Below are positions 1 through 13,200 of a stretch of 64,000 nucleotides of DNA, piece after piece. Made by a program: the position numbers and the translations under genes. This stretch comes from Chiloscyllium plagiosum (Eukaryota), in contig NC_057721.1 in the NCBI RefSeq assembly GCF_004010195.1, positions 44,657,240-44,721,239 on the forward strand. Reading direction: 5' to 3'. A model generated the notes under the pieces. The model ran no database searches, was not told the DNA's origin, and worked only from the letters and a program-made list of their open reading frames with translations. Positions within the stretch are counted from its first letter, which is position 1. Each line of letters starts with the position of its first letter.

Positions 1-337
1 GAAGTGATGTCACGTGTGATGCATGAGGAATTGTGAGGGGTGGAAGTGGTTGTGGGAGTGGCCATGATGGGGGCAGAAGTGACATCATCAATCAGCGTGG
101 GGGTGGTAGCTGCATCAGCCGCATGGCTAATGGTGTTTCCGAGGCCAGGGGAATCTTCTGGAATGTTCGAGGAGCGCTGGGTATGGAGCTGGGTAGATAA
201 AAGTTTGTTGTACTTACAGTTTTTGATGTTTGAGATGGAATTGAAATACTGTTTGTTGAGAGTATGAATTCTCCTGAGGATGTAGTACAGAGTGGGTCCT
301 TTGCAATTCTGAGAGAGTGTGGCCCTCAGCTGAGGCA
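1..337 (-). mobile_element. Penelope-like element ORF fragment (N-terminal, pre-RT region)
   Basis: Stop-free minus frame PQLRATLSQNCKGPTLYYILRRIHTLNKQYF...DDVTSAP, which I recall from shark Penelope-type repeats; family assignment is from memory only. Confidence 0.55.
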
Positions 338-447
338 TTATACAGTGTTAACTTAAATCTCATTATGAAAATGAACTTTACTCACTGAAACTTTGTTTTT
401 TAAAAGAAAGTCCATTAACCCCTTGAGCCTACTCTGCTTTCCAGTTA

Positions 448-592
448 CAGAGGAACCTCGATTATCCAAAGGACACAGGCGGGGAGTATTTTGTTCAGTT
501 AGTCTGAATGCCAGCTAGCATAGTTTAGCCAAGCTTCAGGACCTTGCGATCTTGCCGGATAATCTGATGCTCGGATAATCGAGGTTCCTCTG
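448..592. mobile_element. Tc1/mariner-type (pogo/Tigger-like) MITE
   Basis: Perfect 20-bp TIRs cagaggaacctcgattatcc / ggataatcgaggttcctctg, with TA on both sides (446-447, 593-594). Confidence 0.9.
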
Positions 593-1107
593 TAGATTTA
601 TAGCTGATTTGAATATCTATTCCATATCCTTGTAGTATTCCTGAATCTCAGAAATTTATCCATTTAAATTTTAAAATTTTCAATTGGTCTTGCCTTAAGG
701 GCCTTTTGGGGATGAGGATGCTAGATTTTTCTATCTCTTGCTTGTAGAAATGCTTCCTGGCAGCTCAAATTGGACATGTGCATGTTCCGGCCATGCTTTT
801 CCAAGCAAGCAGCAAGTTTTGCTCTGATTTCATGGATTGGGAATTTGCATTCCAGTAGATCAGAGACCCCGAAGCAGCAGTGGTTTGTCAGTCAAGATAC
901 TGTAGTATATAGCATTGTACTATATGAATTGCTATGTAATTTATAAGTCTCATCTCAATAAAGTCGTCAAAGCTAAGTACTTCCTGGAAGCCAGGGTCGT
1001 CTTTTATGCAATCGGAGTTGGTAATGGTTTATCTCTATTCACATTGTGCCGACAGTTAAGCTATAAAGGGAATTGAAACTCAAACTCAACAAAATCTTTC
1101 ACTGTAG

Positions 1108-1272
1108 GCGATGAAACAGAGAATAGTTATATCAACCCCTTCGACAAAAGTGGCACCATCTTACAAACCAAGCTTGCACCCCATCAGGATCCTCCATCTG
1201 ATGCAACAACTTTACAATTCAATTACATCTCTTCTCTGGGATCAAGTCAACTTCACAGCCAGCTGTATGGAG
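1108..1272 (+). CDS. TTF2: TTF2 exon ([11 protein letters not shown]...SQLYG)
   Basis: ctgtag acceptor, G|gtaaaa donor, open frame, phase 1-1 fits the next exon; low-conservation linker region. Confidence 0.75.
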
Positions 1273-4200
1273 GTAAAATATTACAAGATAGCATTTTTCT
1301 AAGAAAAAAAACTGCTGTTAAGGAATGGTACAGCACACAAACAGGCCAGTGAACCTATTTTCTTTTAAGACCTTTCCCATTCCGAGTATGCTGCTATTTT
1401 GGGACATAATTTATTTTACCTGGCATGGTTGGGATAAGTTTTATAGCATAGTTCATCCTGTCCTCTACAAATGTTGTCTTTGTGTGGAGGGAAGGTCAAC
1501 CGTGTTACATTGTTTATTGTTGAAACCTGATCTGGAGCGCGATTAAATGGAGATGAAATTGCTTGTCGTTATAAATATAGAAATTATAAATTTCAGAGAG
1601 GTATGCAATGAGAATTTGAATTACCTTTCTGTGGATTTGAGGACTTGAGTTTGAATTTTGTTGTCAAATACAGAATGAAATGTTTTTAAGCTGCCCTTTC
1701 TTGATTTCCTGTAATCCCACAAGGAGTGTAATTCTCTTTGCATGTTGTGAATTAACTATTTTTTATGATTTCAGCTCATTTTCAGCAACAAGGCCTATAT
1801 GGAGGACGGATGACTGAGGAAAGACTCCTTACTGTCAAGAACATAACCAGTGAAGCTATTGAACAACTCCATAGATCATTGGAGTCTTGCCCAAATGCAT
1901 CTGAAGAGGCTGAAGATCCACCATATCTAAAGGTAATTGAAAGTGAAATGTAGTCCAGAACAATTTCCTTACTTGGTGCACCATTTTGAATTTAGTGTTG
2001 AATACACAAAGTATAGGATATTTTTCAATATAGTGATCTTCGTCATCTGATTAGTGTTTTTTATTTAAAGCTGCTCAGTACAGTTGGATGAGAGAGGCAG
2101 TTTCTCTCGATAAATTCAGACTTGCCTTTTTGTGCGTATGGTTTTCTTGCTAGGTATATTAATTGACCACTACTGCTATGCTTATGCGTAACAAGGTCTT
2201 GTCTCTGGAATGATCATTATGCAGCAACAGATAGGTAAGCAGAGTGCTGGATTTTGATGAAGTAAGATATCCCATACTTCTGCAATCCTCGGTAGCTTTC
2301 TTCTGTAGGTTTTGAAGCACTAAATATTGTAGGTTGAAGCTGTAAGACATTTGCACCTAGGTTTTGAAATGGTTTGCATGATACAACACTCCAGAAGATG
2401 TAAAGTATAGGGAAATAAAATCTGTTCTTTCCTATCATCAGGTTTTTACAACTTATGTTGACCATCGTGTATAATAGCTGCTTGTTACTGAAAATTACTT
2501 CTTCCTCTCAGCGTATTATTTGGAAAATCTGGACTGCTGGATTTAATTGAAGAATCCAGTGTCAACACTGAATAAGATAAATCGGCATCTCCTGGTTGTA
2601 TTGTTCTTCCAACTTTTTTTTGTGGAATTAGCTTAACAAAATCAATTGTAACGGTTTTGTTTCAAGATTCACTTTTTGAGACGCAATTTCTTTCATTAAA
2701 GAGAAACACTCAAACCATGATGCATGAACCCTATTAGTCCAAGAATTACAGAACAGTACTCATGAATATTGTTTTTATGATAAACCAAGAGCTGGAGTAG
2801 ATTTTTAATTAAGTTTGCATTTTGTAATTTTAAGAAAAATGTGTAGCATTAAGTTAACCTTGTTTTATGTTTCTTGTGTGTTTCAAAGAGGGGAGATGTG
2901 ACTTCAGGTGTCCAGGTCAATATCAGGAATTTTGTGTTCACTTGCTTTTGATTTTAAATGAGATTTACAACCTCGAAATAAAGAGCAGGGGTGAATAGCT
3001 GAGCGCACTGAAAGAAGGTTGAGGAAAAATAACCTGCTGCTGAGCAACGGGGATCCAGGGATTTGGAAATGGAATAATACAGAAAATTGGTCAGTTTGTG
3101 TGTGGGTGTGCTAGAAAGTGAAAACTGAAGTGTTAAATTCTTTAGCCAGGGATCCAGCACAATGACTGCTCGAAAGTTAGTTTATAGAACTCCTGCTTGC
3201 TTTTGAAGTTTAAGTTATAGTGAGTTTAGTTTGGCTTTGTTTTTGGTGTCTCTGCATGCAGTTTGAAATTTGAAAGGAAACTGGCTGCATCTGGTCCAAT
3301 CTGAGTAAGATCTTTGATATGGAGGTAGCGGTAATTCTTTAGAGTTTTAGGGGTTTGTAAGGGTATTACTGGGCTAAAAGGGGTAGTGTAAGTGTGAACG
3401 ATTTTCTTATGCTTGCTATGGTAAATTTCAAACATTATCTAATATACTATAGTTCATGCTTTACTTTGTGTAATAAACATTTTATTCTTTATGCTAAAAA
3501 TACACTAGCAAGCTTTTTTGTCCTTGTAACAACAGACTCCATAGTTATATAAAAAAACACTTTTTAAAAAAGGTCTGTGCTCCAATAAGCCATATTTACC
3601 AGGTGTGATCTGACTTGTCCAGAGTGAACCTCAGCTGGAATCATAACTGTTTGCACAGTGCAATACTAGCTTTATTGAGCTTCAAACATCGTAATTTGTG
3701 GTCAGTTTTCTCTGACCATGTTATCAACCCCCCTCGCTGTCAAATAGAATTTGAGTTCAATTTCTTTTTGTTTAAACTGAAAAGCACAAAGACTATTTTG
3801 GAGTACTTGTTATAGTTCATGTCTAAAAAGTTGTAAAATTAATATTACAGATTCATAGGCTGCAGCAGATTTTCTCTTGTCATCACATTACTGGTCATGT
3901 CTGTAAATGAGCATTCCATCTCCTACAATCTTTGTTATTTAGTATCTAATTAAAATATAGCATAACATAGAGACCTTAGCAGTAAGCCAAAAGTCATCTA
4001 GCATCTCTCAGTTAATAAATTTATTTGTAGATTCATAAGGTGACTTAAAAACACAATAAAAATATAAACAGGACAGGAAGTCCTTCAGGCAGCAAGAATA
4101 TGCATTATATCCTGGAGAGGACAGGTTGTGATTTTATGTTACCATCTCACTAAAACGCATTACCAGACACACATACTGGATTTGTGCGATGTTATTGGAA

Positions 4201-7200
4201 TAGTTGAGCATGATGGATATCATGTGGTGCAATGCATTTTAATGTGGAATAATACTATTGTTATACATTCTAGTCACAACTGATATGGATATTATGATCT
4301 GGATGCACTCAAAACCTTTTTAATTGATGAAGCTGATATGTCTATTTTCTTGCAGGTCTCAAACCATCAAACAGAAAATTCATTGATCATTAGGATCATA
4401 CAGCTTCTTGTTAGTTTGCTTATGACACTGTGATGGAATTATATTTGCTCCTTTTGATGTCTCTATCCCTGAAGGCAAACTTAACTGATACAAGGTTGAG
4501 ATATTGTTTGTTTTAATCTATAAGCTGTATGTTCCATCTGAAATTGCATTGCACCAGATGACATCCATCATGCTCAACTATTCCCAAAACATTCCACAAA
4601 TAGAGAGACTGCGTGTAGTAGCTCATTTTAGTGTGATAGCAGTATAAAATCGCAAACTGTCCTGACCAAGATATAGTGCACACTCTTGCTGCTTGAAAGA
4701 TAACCTGTAGTGTTTTTGGTTTGATTTTATTTTTAAGGCAGTTATTTTTATGAGGACACAAATTTATTAACCATGAGATGCTAGATTTTTTTAAAATTGG
4801 CCAGGCATTGTATTATGTGAATGTAGGTTTGCTTGCTGAGCTGGAAGGTTAGTTTTCAGACGTTTTGTCACCACACTGGGTAACATAATCGGTGAGCCTC
4901 CGGATGAAGCACTGGTGGTATGGCCCGCTTTCTATTTGTGTTTAGGTTTCCTTGGGTTGGTGATGTCATTTCCTGTGATTGTCATTTCATGTGGTGACAC
5001 CATTTCCTGTTCTTTTTCTCAGGGGGTGGGAAATTGGGTCTAAGTCAATGTGTTTGTTGATAGAGTTCCAGTCGGAATGCCATGCTTCTCTGAATTCTCG
5101 TGTGTGTCTCTGTTTGGTTTGACCTTGGATGGATGTGTTGTCCCAGTCGAAGTGGTGTCCTTCCTCCTATAGATGTAAGCATACTAGTGAGAGTGGGTCA
5201 TGTCTTTTTGTGGCTTGTTGATTATGTAACCTGGTGGCTAGTTTCTGCCCATTCATCCAATGTAGTGTTTATTACAGTTCTTGTAATTTGTAAATTACAT
5301 TAGTTTTGATTGTTGTCTGTACAGGCTCTTTCAAGTTCATTAGCTGCTGCTTTAGTGCATTGGTGGGTTTGTGGGCTACCATGATGCCAAGAGGTCTGAG
5401 TAGTCTGGCAGTCATTTCTGAGATGTCCTTGAAGCAGGGGAGAGTGGCTAGGGTTTCTGGACGTGTTGTGTGCTTGTTTGGGTTTGTTGCTGAGAAATCG
5501 GCAGACTGTGTTCGTTGAGTACCTGTTCTTTTTGAATACGCTGTCTCGGTGATTTTTGTTTGCTCTTCGTAGTTCCTCTGTGCTGCAGTGTGTGGTGGCT
5601 CGTTGAAGAAATGTTCTCATGCAGCTTCATTTGTGGATGTTGGGATGATTGCTTCTGTAGTTCAGTATGTGGTCCATATGTGTTGTTTTCCTGTAGGCAC
5701 TGGTTTGAAGTTCCCATTGGCTGTTCGCTCTACAGTGGCATCTAGGAATGGCATTGTTGTTGTTTTCCTCCTCTTTAGTAAATTTTATGCCAATAAAGGT
5801 ATTATTGATGGCCTTGAAGGTGTCCTCTAATTTGTTACGTTTAGTGATGACAAAGGTGTCATCCACGTGGCGGACACAAAGTTTGTGTTCGATGGTTGGC
5901 AGAGCTATTTGTTTGAGTCTCTACATTATTGTCTCTGATAAGAACCCTGATATCGGAGATCCCATGGGTGTTCCGTTTGTTGTAGGTTGTGTTAAAGGTG
6001 AAGTGGTTGGTAAGGCATAGGTCCACTGGCTTGATGATATTGTCCTTGCTGATGTAGTTGGTGTTTGGCATCATGGTAGCCCACAAACCCACCAACACAC
6101 TAAAATGGCAGCTAATGAACTTGAAAGACCTGTACAGATGACCAGCAAAACTAATGTCGTTTACAAAATACCTAACAAGAACTATAACAAACACTACATT
6201 GGACAAACAGGCAGAAAACTAGCCACCAGGATACAAGAACATCAACTTGCCACAAAACGACATGACCCTCTCTCACTAGTATCCTTACATACAGGTAAGG
6301 AAGGACACCACTTTGACTGGGACAACACATCCATCCTAGGATAAGCCAAACAGAGACATGTACGAGAATTCCTAGTGGTGTGGCATTCTAACCGGAACTC
6401 TATCAACAAACACATTGACTTGGATCCAGTTTACCACCCCCTGAGAAAAAGACCAGGAAATGATGTCACCACATGAAATGACATCACCAACCCAAGGAAA
6501 CCTAAACACATAAATAGAAAGCAGGGCATACCACCAGTGCTTCATTCGGAGGCTTATTGATGATGTTACCTAATATGGTGACAAAATGTCTGAAAACGAA
6601 CCTTCCAACTCCGTGAGCAAACTACATCAGGAATCTCAACCTGAGCTACAAATCTTCTCAAAATTCACTAATTGCATAACATGAATTAAAACAAAATCCT
6701 ATCTTTGGCAAATAGATGACATTTCCAGATAAGTTATTCATGTTCATTTGCTATAAATGCCGGAGGAAACATAACAGAAGCGCTTCACAGGAGGCTCCCA
6801 AGCACTGAGGATGTCACCTAGACAGGGGACGAAATGTCTGCAACACAAATTCCCAGCTTGGCGAATAGAACCACAACATATTCATTTGCTATTAATCAAT
6901 TGTAACTGGAATATATAGCAGTAGTATTATGTAAATGATCAAGGTTGCTTATCTTCCTACTTAACACCCCATGTTTCTTAATGTTTAATGTCTTTCTGCC
7001 TTAATTTTTTTCTTGTGAATTCCATGAACAGTTAAGTTACATTATAATGGTCACATCTTCCCTTATGTGTTTGAAAGGGAGATAGAATTAGTTACTATGG
7101 TTACAATCTGGTTACAGTGACCTTTTGCTTTTGTTTAGTTTCTATATTTTGACAAAGTTGAAAAAATTAATAAATGTTAGAAATTTTCTACATTAAAATG

Positions 7201-10200
7201 TTCATTTTTATAGATCCCGTTGCTGGTCCATCAGAAACAGGCATTGGCATGGTTACTGTGGCGGGAGAAGCAAAAGCCATCAGGTGGTATTCTAGGTAAG
7301 AAGGAACCTTTTTTAAAAATTAAAAAGGATGGCGTGGTCATGGAAGAACAATGAGATCAGAGTCTAATTTGAGATGATACAAAGCACAAGCTTAATATAG
7401 TACCATCTGTGGGATTGAACTGATCTTAATTATTTGTGATTCACTATTATGAGCTCGATATCATTTCAGTATCAAGTCAATGTACATTGATAAGCAGGGT
7501 AATAAATTTATATTAAGCTAAAATTAATCAAAATAATAACTGGCAATGGCTCTTTGATTTATTAATCACAAAAGAGGGGATCAGAATCTACAGTTGTCAC
7601 TAGGACCAAATAAAAGTTATTTGAATTTGATAATTTGTAACTGTCTAATTTGGAGTAACAGGAAAATTATGAATTTAAATGGTTGCCATTTATGCTTCTC
7701 TTTTAGCGGATGACATGGGTTTAGGGAAAACGCTAACAATGATTGCACTCATCTTAGCACAGAGGTGCAATAGGAAGGAAGAAAAGGAGGAAAAACCCGA
7801 TGAGTGGATCTCAAAAACTGGTACAAAGTGTTAATAATTTACAATGATTTCAGTAACTGACAAAACAATGCACAGTGTAAAACTATGGGATGGTTAAGCT
7901 CCAAAGCAAGTGTATTTTCACAAGTTTGAGATTTGAAGTGCTGCATTGTTGGAAGTACACCATATCTAATGGCATGCTTAACTGGTTATCTATATACAGG
8001 TAGACGATCCTTTATTTGAAATCCCGAAATCCGAAAAGCTCAAGTCCAACGGTTTGTTTTTTGTGAAGTTTTTTTTTCCCATTAACAAGGTTGTTTGGGA
8101 TGCAGACAGTTAACCCAAGTCGACACCCACTCGATGCGTGTCACTCAGATGTAACATGGGGTGGGGGGGTGGCCCAGCACTGGCAGGCCTCAATTCTGTC
8201 TCAAGGCCTGTTTTACCCAGTGAGTCTGCTCCTCTAGTAAGATTTTAAAAAATTTCACCATCAAACTGTCACTTATACTGAAATTCGAAAAATTCTGAAA
8301 ACCAGCTGGTCCTGAGCATTTCGGATAAAGGATTGTGCACCTGTACCTGATTAGATGAAATTCAAAGACCCCTGGCACTGTTGGTGCCCTGACACTATCT
8401 TGTCCTGTGTAACTACATTGCATAAAAGGTTGGATGTCTGTCAAAGTAGTTTATTGAATGAGAAGTGCTTTTTTAAAAAATTCATTCATGGATATCACTG
8501 ACTAGCCCAATGTTTTGCCTGTCCTTAATTGCCCTGGAGAAGCTGGTAGTGGTGAGCTGCCTTCCTAAACCACATCTGTTCATGGGGTGTACAGACACCC
8601 ACAGAGCTGTTAGAAAGGGAATTCCAGGATTTTGACCCAATGTTAGTGTAGTGTTTCCATATGTCTACTGCCTTGGTCCTTGTAGTTGGTAGATGTCGTG
8701 GGTTTGGGATGTGCTGTTGAAAAGAGTCTTGAGTTATATTAAATACCTGATTTTCTGACATTGACATTTATTTTTAGTTAAAATATTTAATTGGGAGTTA
8801 AACTAGTTCGTTATTATCATTTTGTTGTTGTATCTGATGTTGTTCTGTCTTGCAACCTTGTCTGTTCCAAACCTAATATTGCATTCTAATATCCAACTTT
8901 CTACAGAGAGCACACATGTCACCTCCTCTGGGACACTTATCATTTGTCCAGCATCTCTAATTCATCATTGGAAGAAGGAAATCGAAAGGCATGTCTCTGT
9001 CACAAAAATAAGCATTTACATGTACCATGGGCCAAAGAGAGAACAATCTGCAAAAGCGTGAGTAATTTCAGAAATAATGTTTCTGTCCTGCAATAGAATT
9101 TGCTGATCTGTGTACATAATGCTATGCTCTGTGTTTTTGATAGGCATGATATTTTAAAAGACATGATTATTTTAAGTTTGCGCAACCTTTCTTTTGAGAG
9201 TTGTGGTAGATATTTCTTGCTAATTAACCTTTGCTAGATTGCTATGTAAACATTATCCAGTGGATCACTACATTCATAGTGTGCTTTAATTAAGATACAA
9301 AGAACAGTACAGCACAGGATCAACCCCTTCCAGTACAACAAGACTGCACCAACACAATGCCTTTCTGTGCTAAAATCTTTATGCCTCTATGCGGTCTGCA
9401 TGCCTCAATTCCTTACCCATTCGTATATCTATTAAAATGACACTCAAATGTTGCTATTGTGTCTGCCTCCATGTCCTGTGGCAGCACACTTAACACCATG
9501 TGTTTTAAAAAAAAATTACCTCTCTCATCTTACCCCCTTATACCTTAAACCTGTATCCCTTTGGAAATTGACATTTCTACCCTGGGAAGAAGACTCTTAT
9601 CTATTCTATCCATGACTTCCATAATTTTGTAAACTTCTATCAAGTTGGCCTTTATCCATCATTCAAGTGAAAACAAGCCAAGTTTGTCCAATTTTTCCTC
9701 AAAGCCAGGCAATATCCAGGTAAACTGTTTCTGTCACTCTCCAAAGCCGCCCCATCCTTCTTTTGGTGTGGCTACCAGAACTGTACACAATACTCAAAAT
9801 TAACAAACTCAAAAGTTAGCTTTTTCAACTTTGAAATGATGACCGATTAAGCTATCATTTTATGCAATAGTATTATGTAGATTAATGTTCCACAGTCATC
9901 CCCATTGGAGTTTCTGCTTTTGATCCTATTTTGAAGAAGACATCAAACAAGTATATGTTTCTGCTATTATCAATTCATATCCTTTCTCAGATTAAAAAAA
10001 AAGTAATCCAGTCAATTTGCAGTCATCGGATACTAGCATTGGACATGGGGAGAAATAAGTGCCATGGTGCCGGTCAATTTAAGGACATCACACATTAGGG
10101 TGTCCTAATGACTGGAAAGGAATGTCGTCCTGGAATGTCAAAGTTGACATTGAACAGCTGCACCCAGAAAAAGGAATTTAACTCTAAACTAAAAGTAGTA

Positions 10201-13200
10201 TTTAGAAACAGTTTTATTGGCACTGGTCTATGACGCTTAAACATTTTTCTTACAGACTATCAAAATTTGATGTTGTTGTGACAACATATAGCCTTGTTGC
10301 AAAGGAGATCCCAGTGAACAAAGAAAATAGCCATTGTGCAACCAAGGATGATGCGAACGTAAGTTGAGCGTTTTTCAGTGATGTTAGTGGTACCAGTTGC
10401 TGATATGAATATTATGTAATAACGTGTTGGATGCGTTTTTGCATTTGGCTATCTCTAACAATTGCTGCTTGTTAGAATAGTCACCAAACTAACAAATAGC
10501 AGCTCAGCCTTGCAGATTATCTGAGCATTTTTACAGTGGAATAGTGCTCTTGGCTCTTTTTTTTGGACTGGGCGTGTCAGGCCAGTTATTAGTATGCTTT
10601 CTGATTTGGTGATTACACTATCTTTTTATACTACCAAAGAGCCAATGGAATTACTGGTAGATTTCTATTTCCTCTCAGAAAATCTGTTGGTGTAATTGAG
10701 TCTGGGAGTGATTAGGGTGCTTCATCTTTTTAATTCAAACACGCTGCAATGAAAACTACACACATCTTTAGTTTCTTTTTGTTTTTCAGGCCTTGACTGT
10801 GACAAAGTCTTCTCATTCTCCTCTGCTGAAGATAGCATGGTCTCGGATCATCCTGGATGAAGCTCACAACATTAAAAACCCCCAAGTACAAACCTCAATG
10901 GCAGTGTGTAAACTCCAAGCTAAAGCACGCTGGGCAGTCACAGGAACGCCCATTCAGAACAACCTGTTGGATATGTACTCTTTGCTGAAGTAAGAAAACA
11001 GAACCAGAGTACCTGGGTTAAGCTTAATTGTTAAATTGTGTTTTTCAGATACATTTTTTTGTCAGCATTGTTTCCAAATAATTGTTACAGCATTAAAACA
11101 AATATATTATTTCCATATTGTAGACCTGCCCCTTTTTAAGATAAATCACCTAAGTTATTTGAGATATTTGCTCCCAGTTTGTTTTGTTGTCAATTATTGT
11201 TCTGGGCTGATTTCTAAGATCTCATTGCTCTTCTTTCTAATTTTTTCTGTATTGTCTCAGGTTCCTTCACTGTTCCCCATTTGATGAGTTCAAGCTTTGG
11301 AAGAATCAAGTGGATAATGGTACCAGGAAAGGTGGTGAACGCCTTAATATTATCACCAAAAGCCTTCTGTTGAGGAGAATGAAAGACCAGCTTGATGCTA
11401 ATGGCAAACCTCTGGTAGCTAAGCCTATTGTTATTTTGACCAATAAAATCACATGTTCAGTTTTGCACCATTCGAAAGTGATTTTGACTTTATGCCAATG
11501 CTAAACTGCAGTATGGTGCTGACTTTGGATCCAACACTGATTCCATGAAGTGGGTTTTTTGTCAAATCTTTCATGATGTACATCTAAATGCGTACTCTAG
11601 ATATAAATTGAGATTAGATATAAAATCTTCCTTTTTTGTTTCTGAGTTCCTCAATTTTTGCTCTTATCCAAATATCCCTATTAATCAATTCTGAGAAAGT
11701 AAATGAGGGGCAGCAAATTTAAAGAAACATTTCCTTGCCTGAAATCTGAGTTACAGTAACTAGTCTCTCATGGTGGATGGAGTGTATACTTAAGAGTCTG
11801 TAGAGGATAAAAGATGATGCTTTACCAAAGCTGTTTGAAAGCTGAAAAATTTGGTTCCTTATCTTTGAGACATTGTTGGTCTTAAAGGTCAAATATTTCT
11901 TACTATACTTGGATTAAAATGGATGCAGAACAGTAATCAATGAACTGCATATGACTATGAGAAGGGGTTTTGTATATCAAATGAAGCTATATGCTGTCAG
12001 TTATTCTTGTAGCAAATGTTTCATGTAACAATATAATTATAGAAGACAAAGGAGAGATGCAAGATAGCTTTTAAATTAGTGGGTTACATGTTGGAAAAAG
12101 TAGCAAAATGCAATGCCACTAACTCTGTTCCTGTTCTGTCACTCTACTTGGTTCCATTTCCCTTCTAAGTTATTTAAGCCCTGATCCGATACCTGCCAAA
12201 AACAAATTGTCAGCTGGTCACATGCATGTGATTTCTCTTGCAGCATTTGAGGCTCAGGAATAGGATGTTATCCTTTGTTCTCAGTTACAGTAAGTAAATA
12301 ATCACTAAGATTTAAAAAAAAAAGTAGGGGAATTGAGTAGTGTCATGACTCAAAGATTGACTAATTAAATTTTCTGGTACTTAGCCAGTAATAGACAGCT
12401 TGGAGTAGAATGCAATAAAGTTGTACTTCTCATACCATTTACCTTGTATAACTTGGACAAAAAGTCTGTAATATTGTTTTTTGATTCCTGTCAATCACAG
12501 CAATTTTGGAACCTAGGAGCAGCAGTAGTATTTTGGAGTTTCCAAGTCATGACCTTCATCTCAGGTGAAAAGAGTCCAGGGTTTTCTGTGAAAATAATGA
12601 GGAGGCTAACAATATTGATGATTTTTTTATGGTCGACAGCACAGTAATAGACGGCAAATGAAGATATGCAGTTCAATAAGGAGTTGCTGTCCCAGGCATC
12701 CCCACCCCACATTTTGAATGTATTTAAATTTGAAGTTCCTTCGCTGTCCTGTCATCATGGAAACAGACTAAACATACCATAGAAATGGAATGTGGAATCA
12801 TTCTCCACAAAGACACAGCATTATTCTAAATATCATTTTTTGTGACAATTTCTGTGTAACTTTTGTTTCCGCAGGTTGTCCTGCCGCAGAAATTTAACCA
12901 CACTCATAAGCTAAAATTGTCAGAGGAAGAGGAAGCTGTTTATAATGTCTTGTTTGCTCGTTCAAGGTATGTTTTGAGGAATTGTGTGTTCTTAAAATAT
13001 CACTGCTTCCAGTTAGAGAACATACTTTGGTTAATCCTATCCACTCCCTTGTGGATATTTTGCATAATTCTCCTATTATAGAGGTTGGGAGGGAAACATT
13101 TGCCAAGCTACGCAGACCTGTGCTGATTGCTCAGGTGTATGCTGTGCCATGGGCATGTTTTATGGATGAAGCAACACTGTTCTTTTTTTAAAAAAAATTC

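Noticed and set aside
1111-1302. ORF-track protein MKQRIV...
   Set aside because: Wrong frame; splice phases place the TTF2 exon in another frame.
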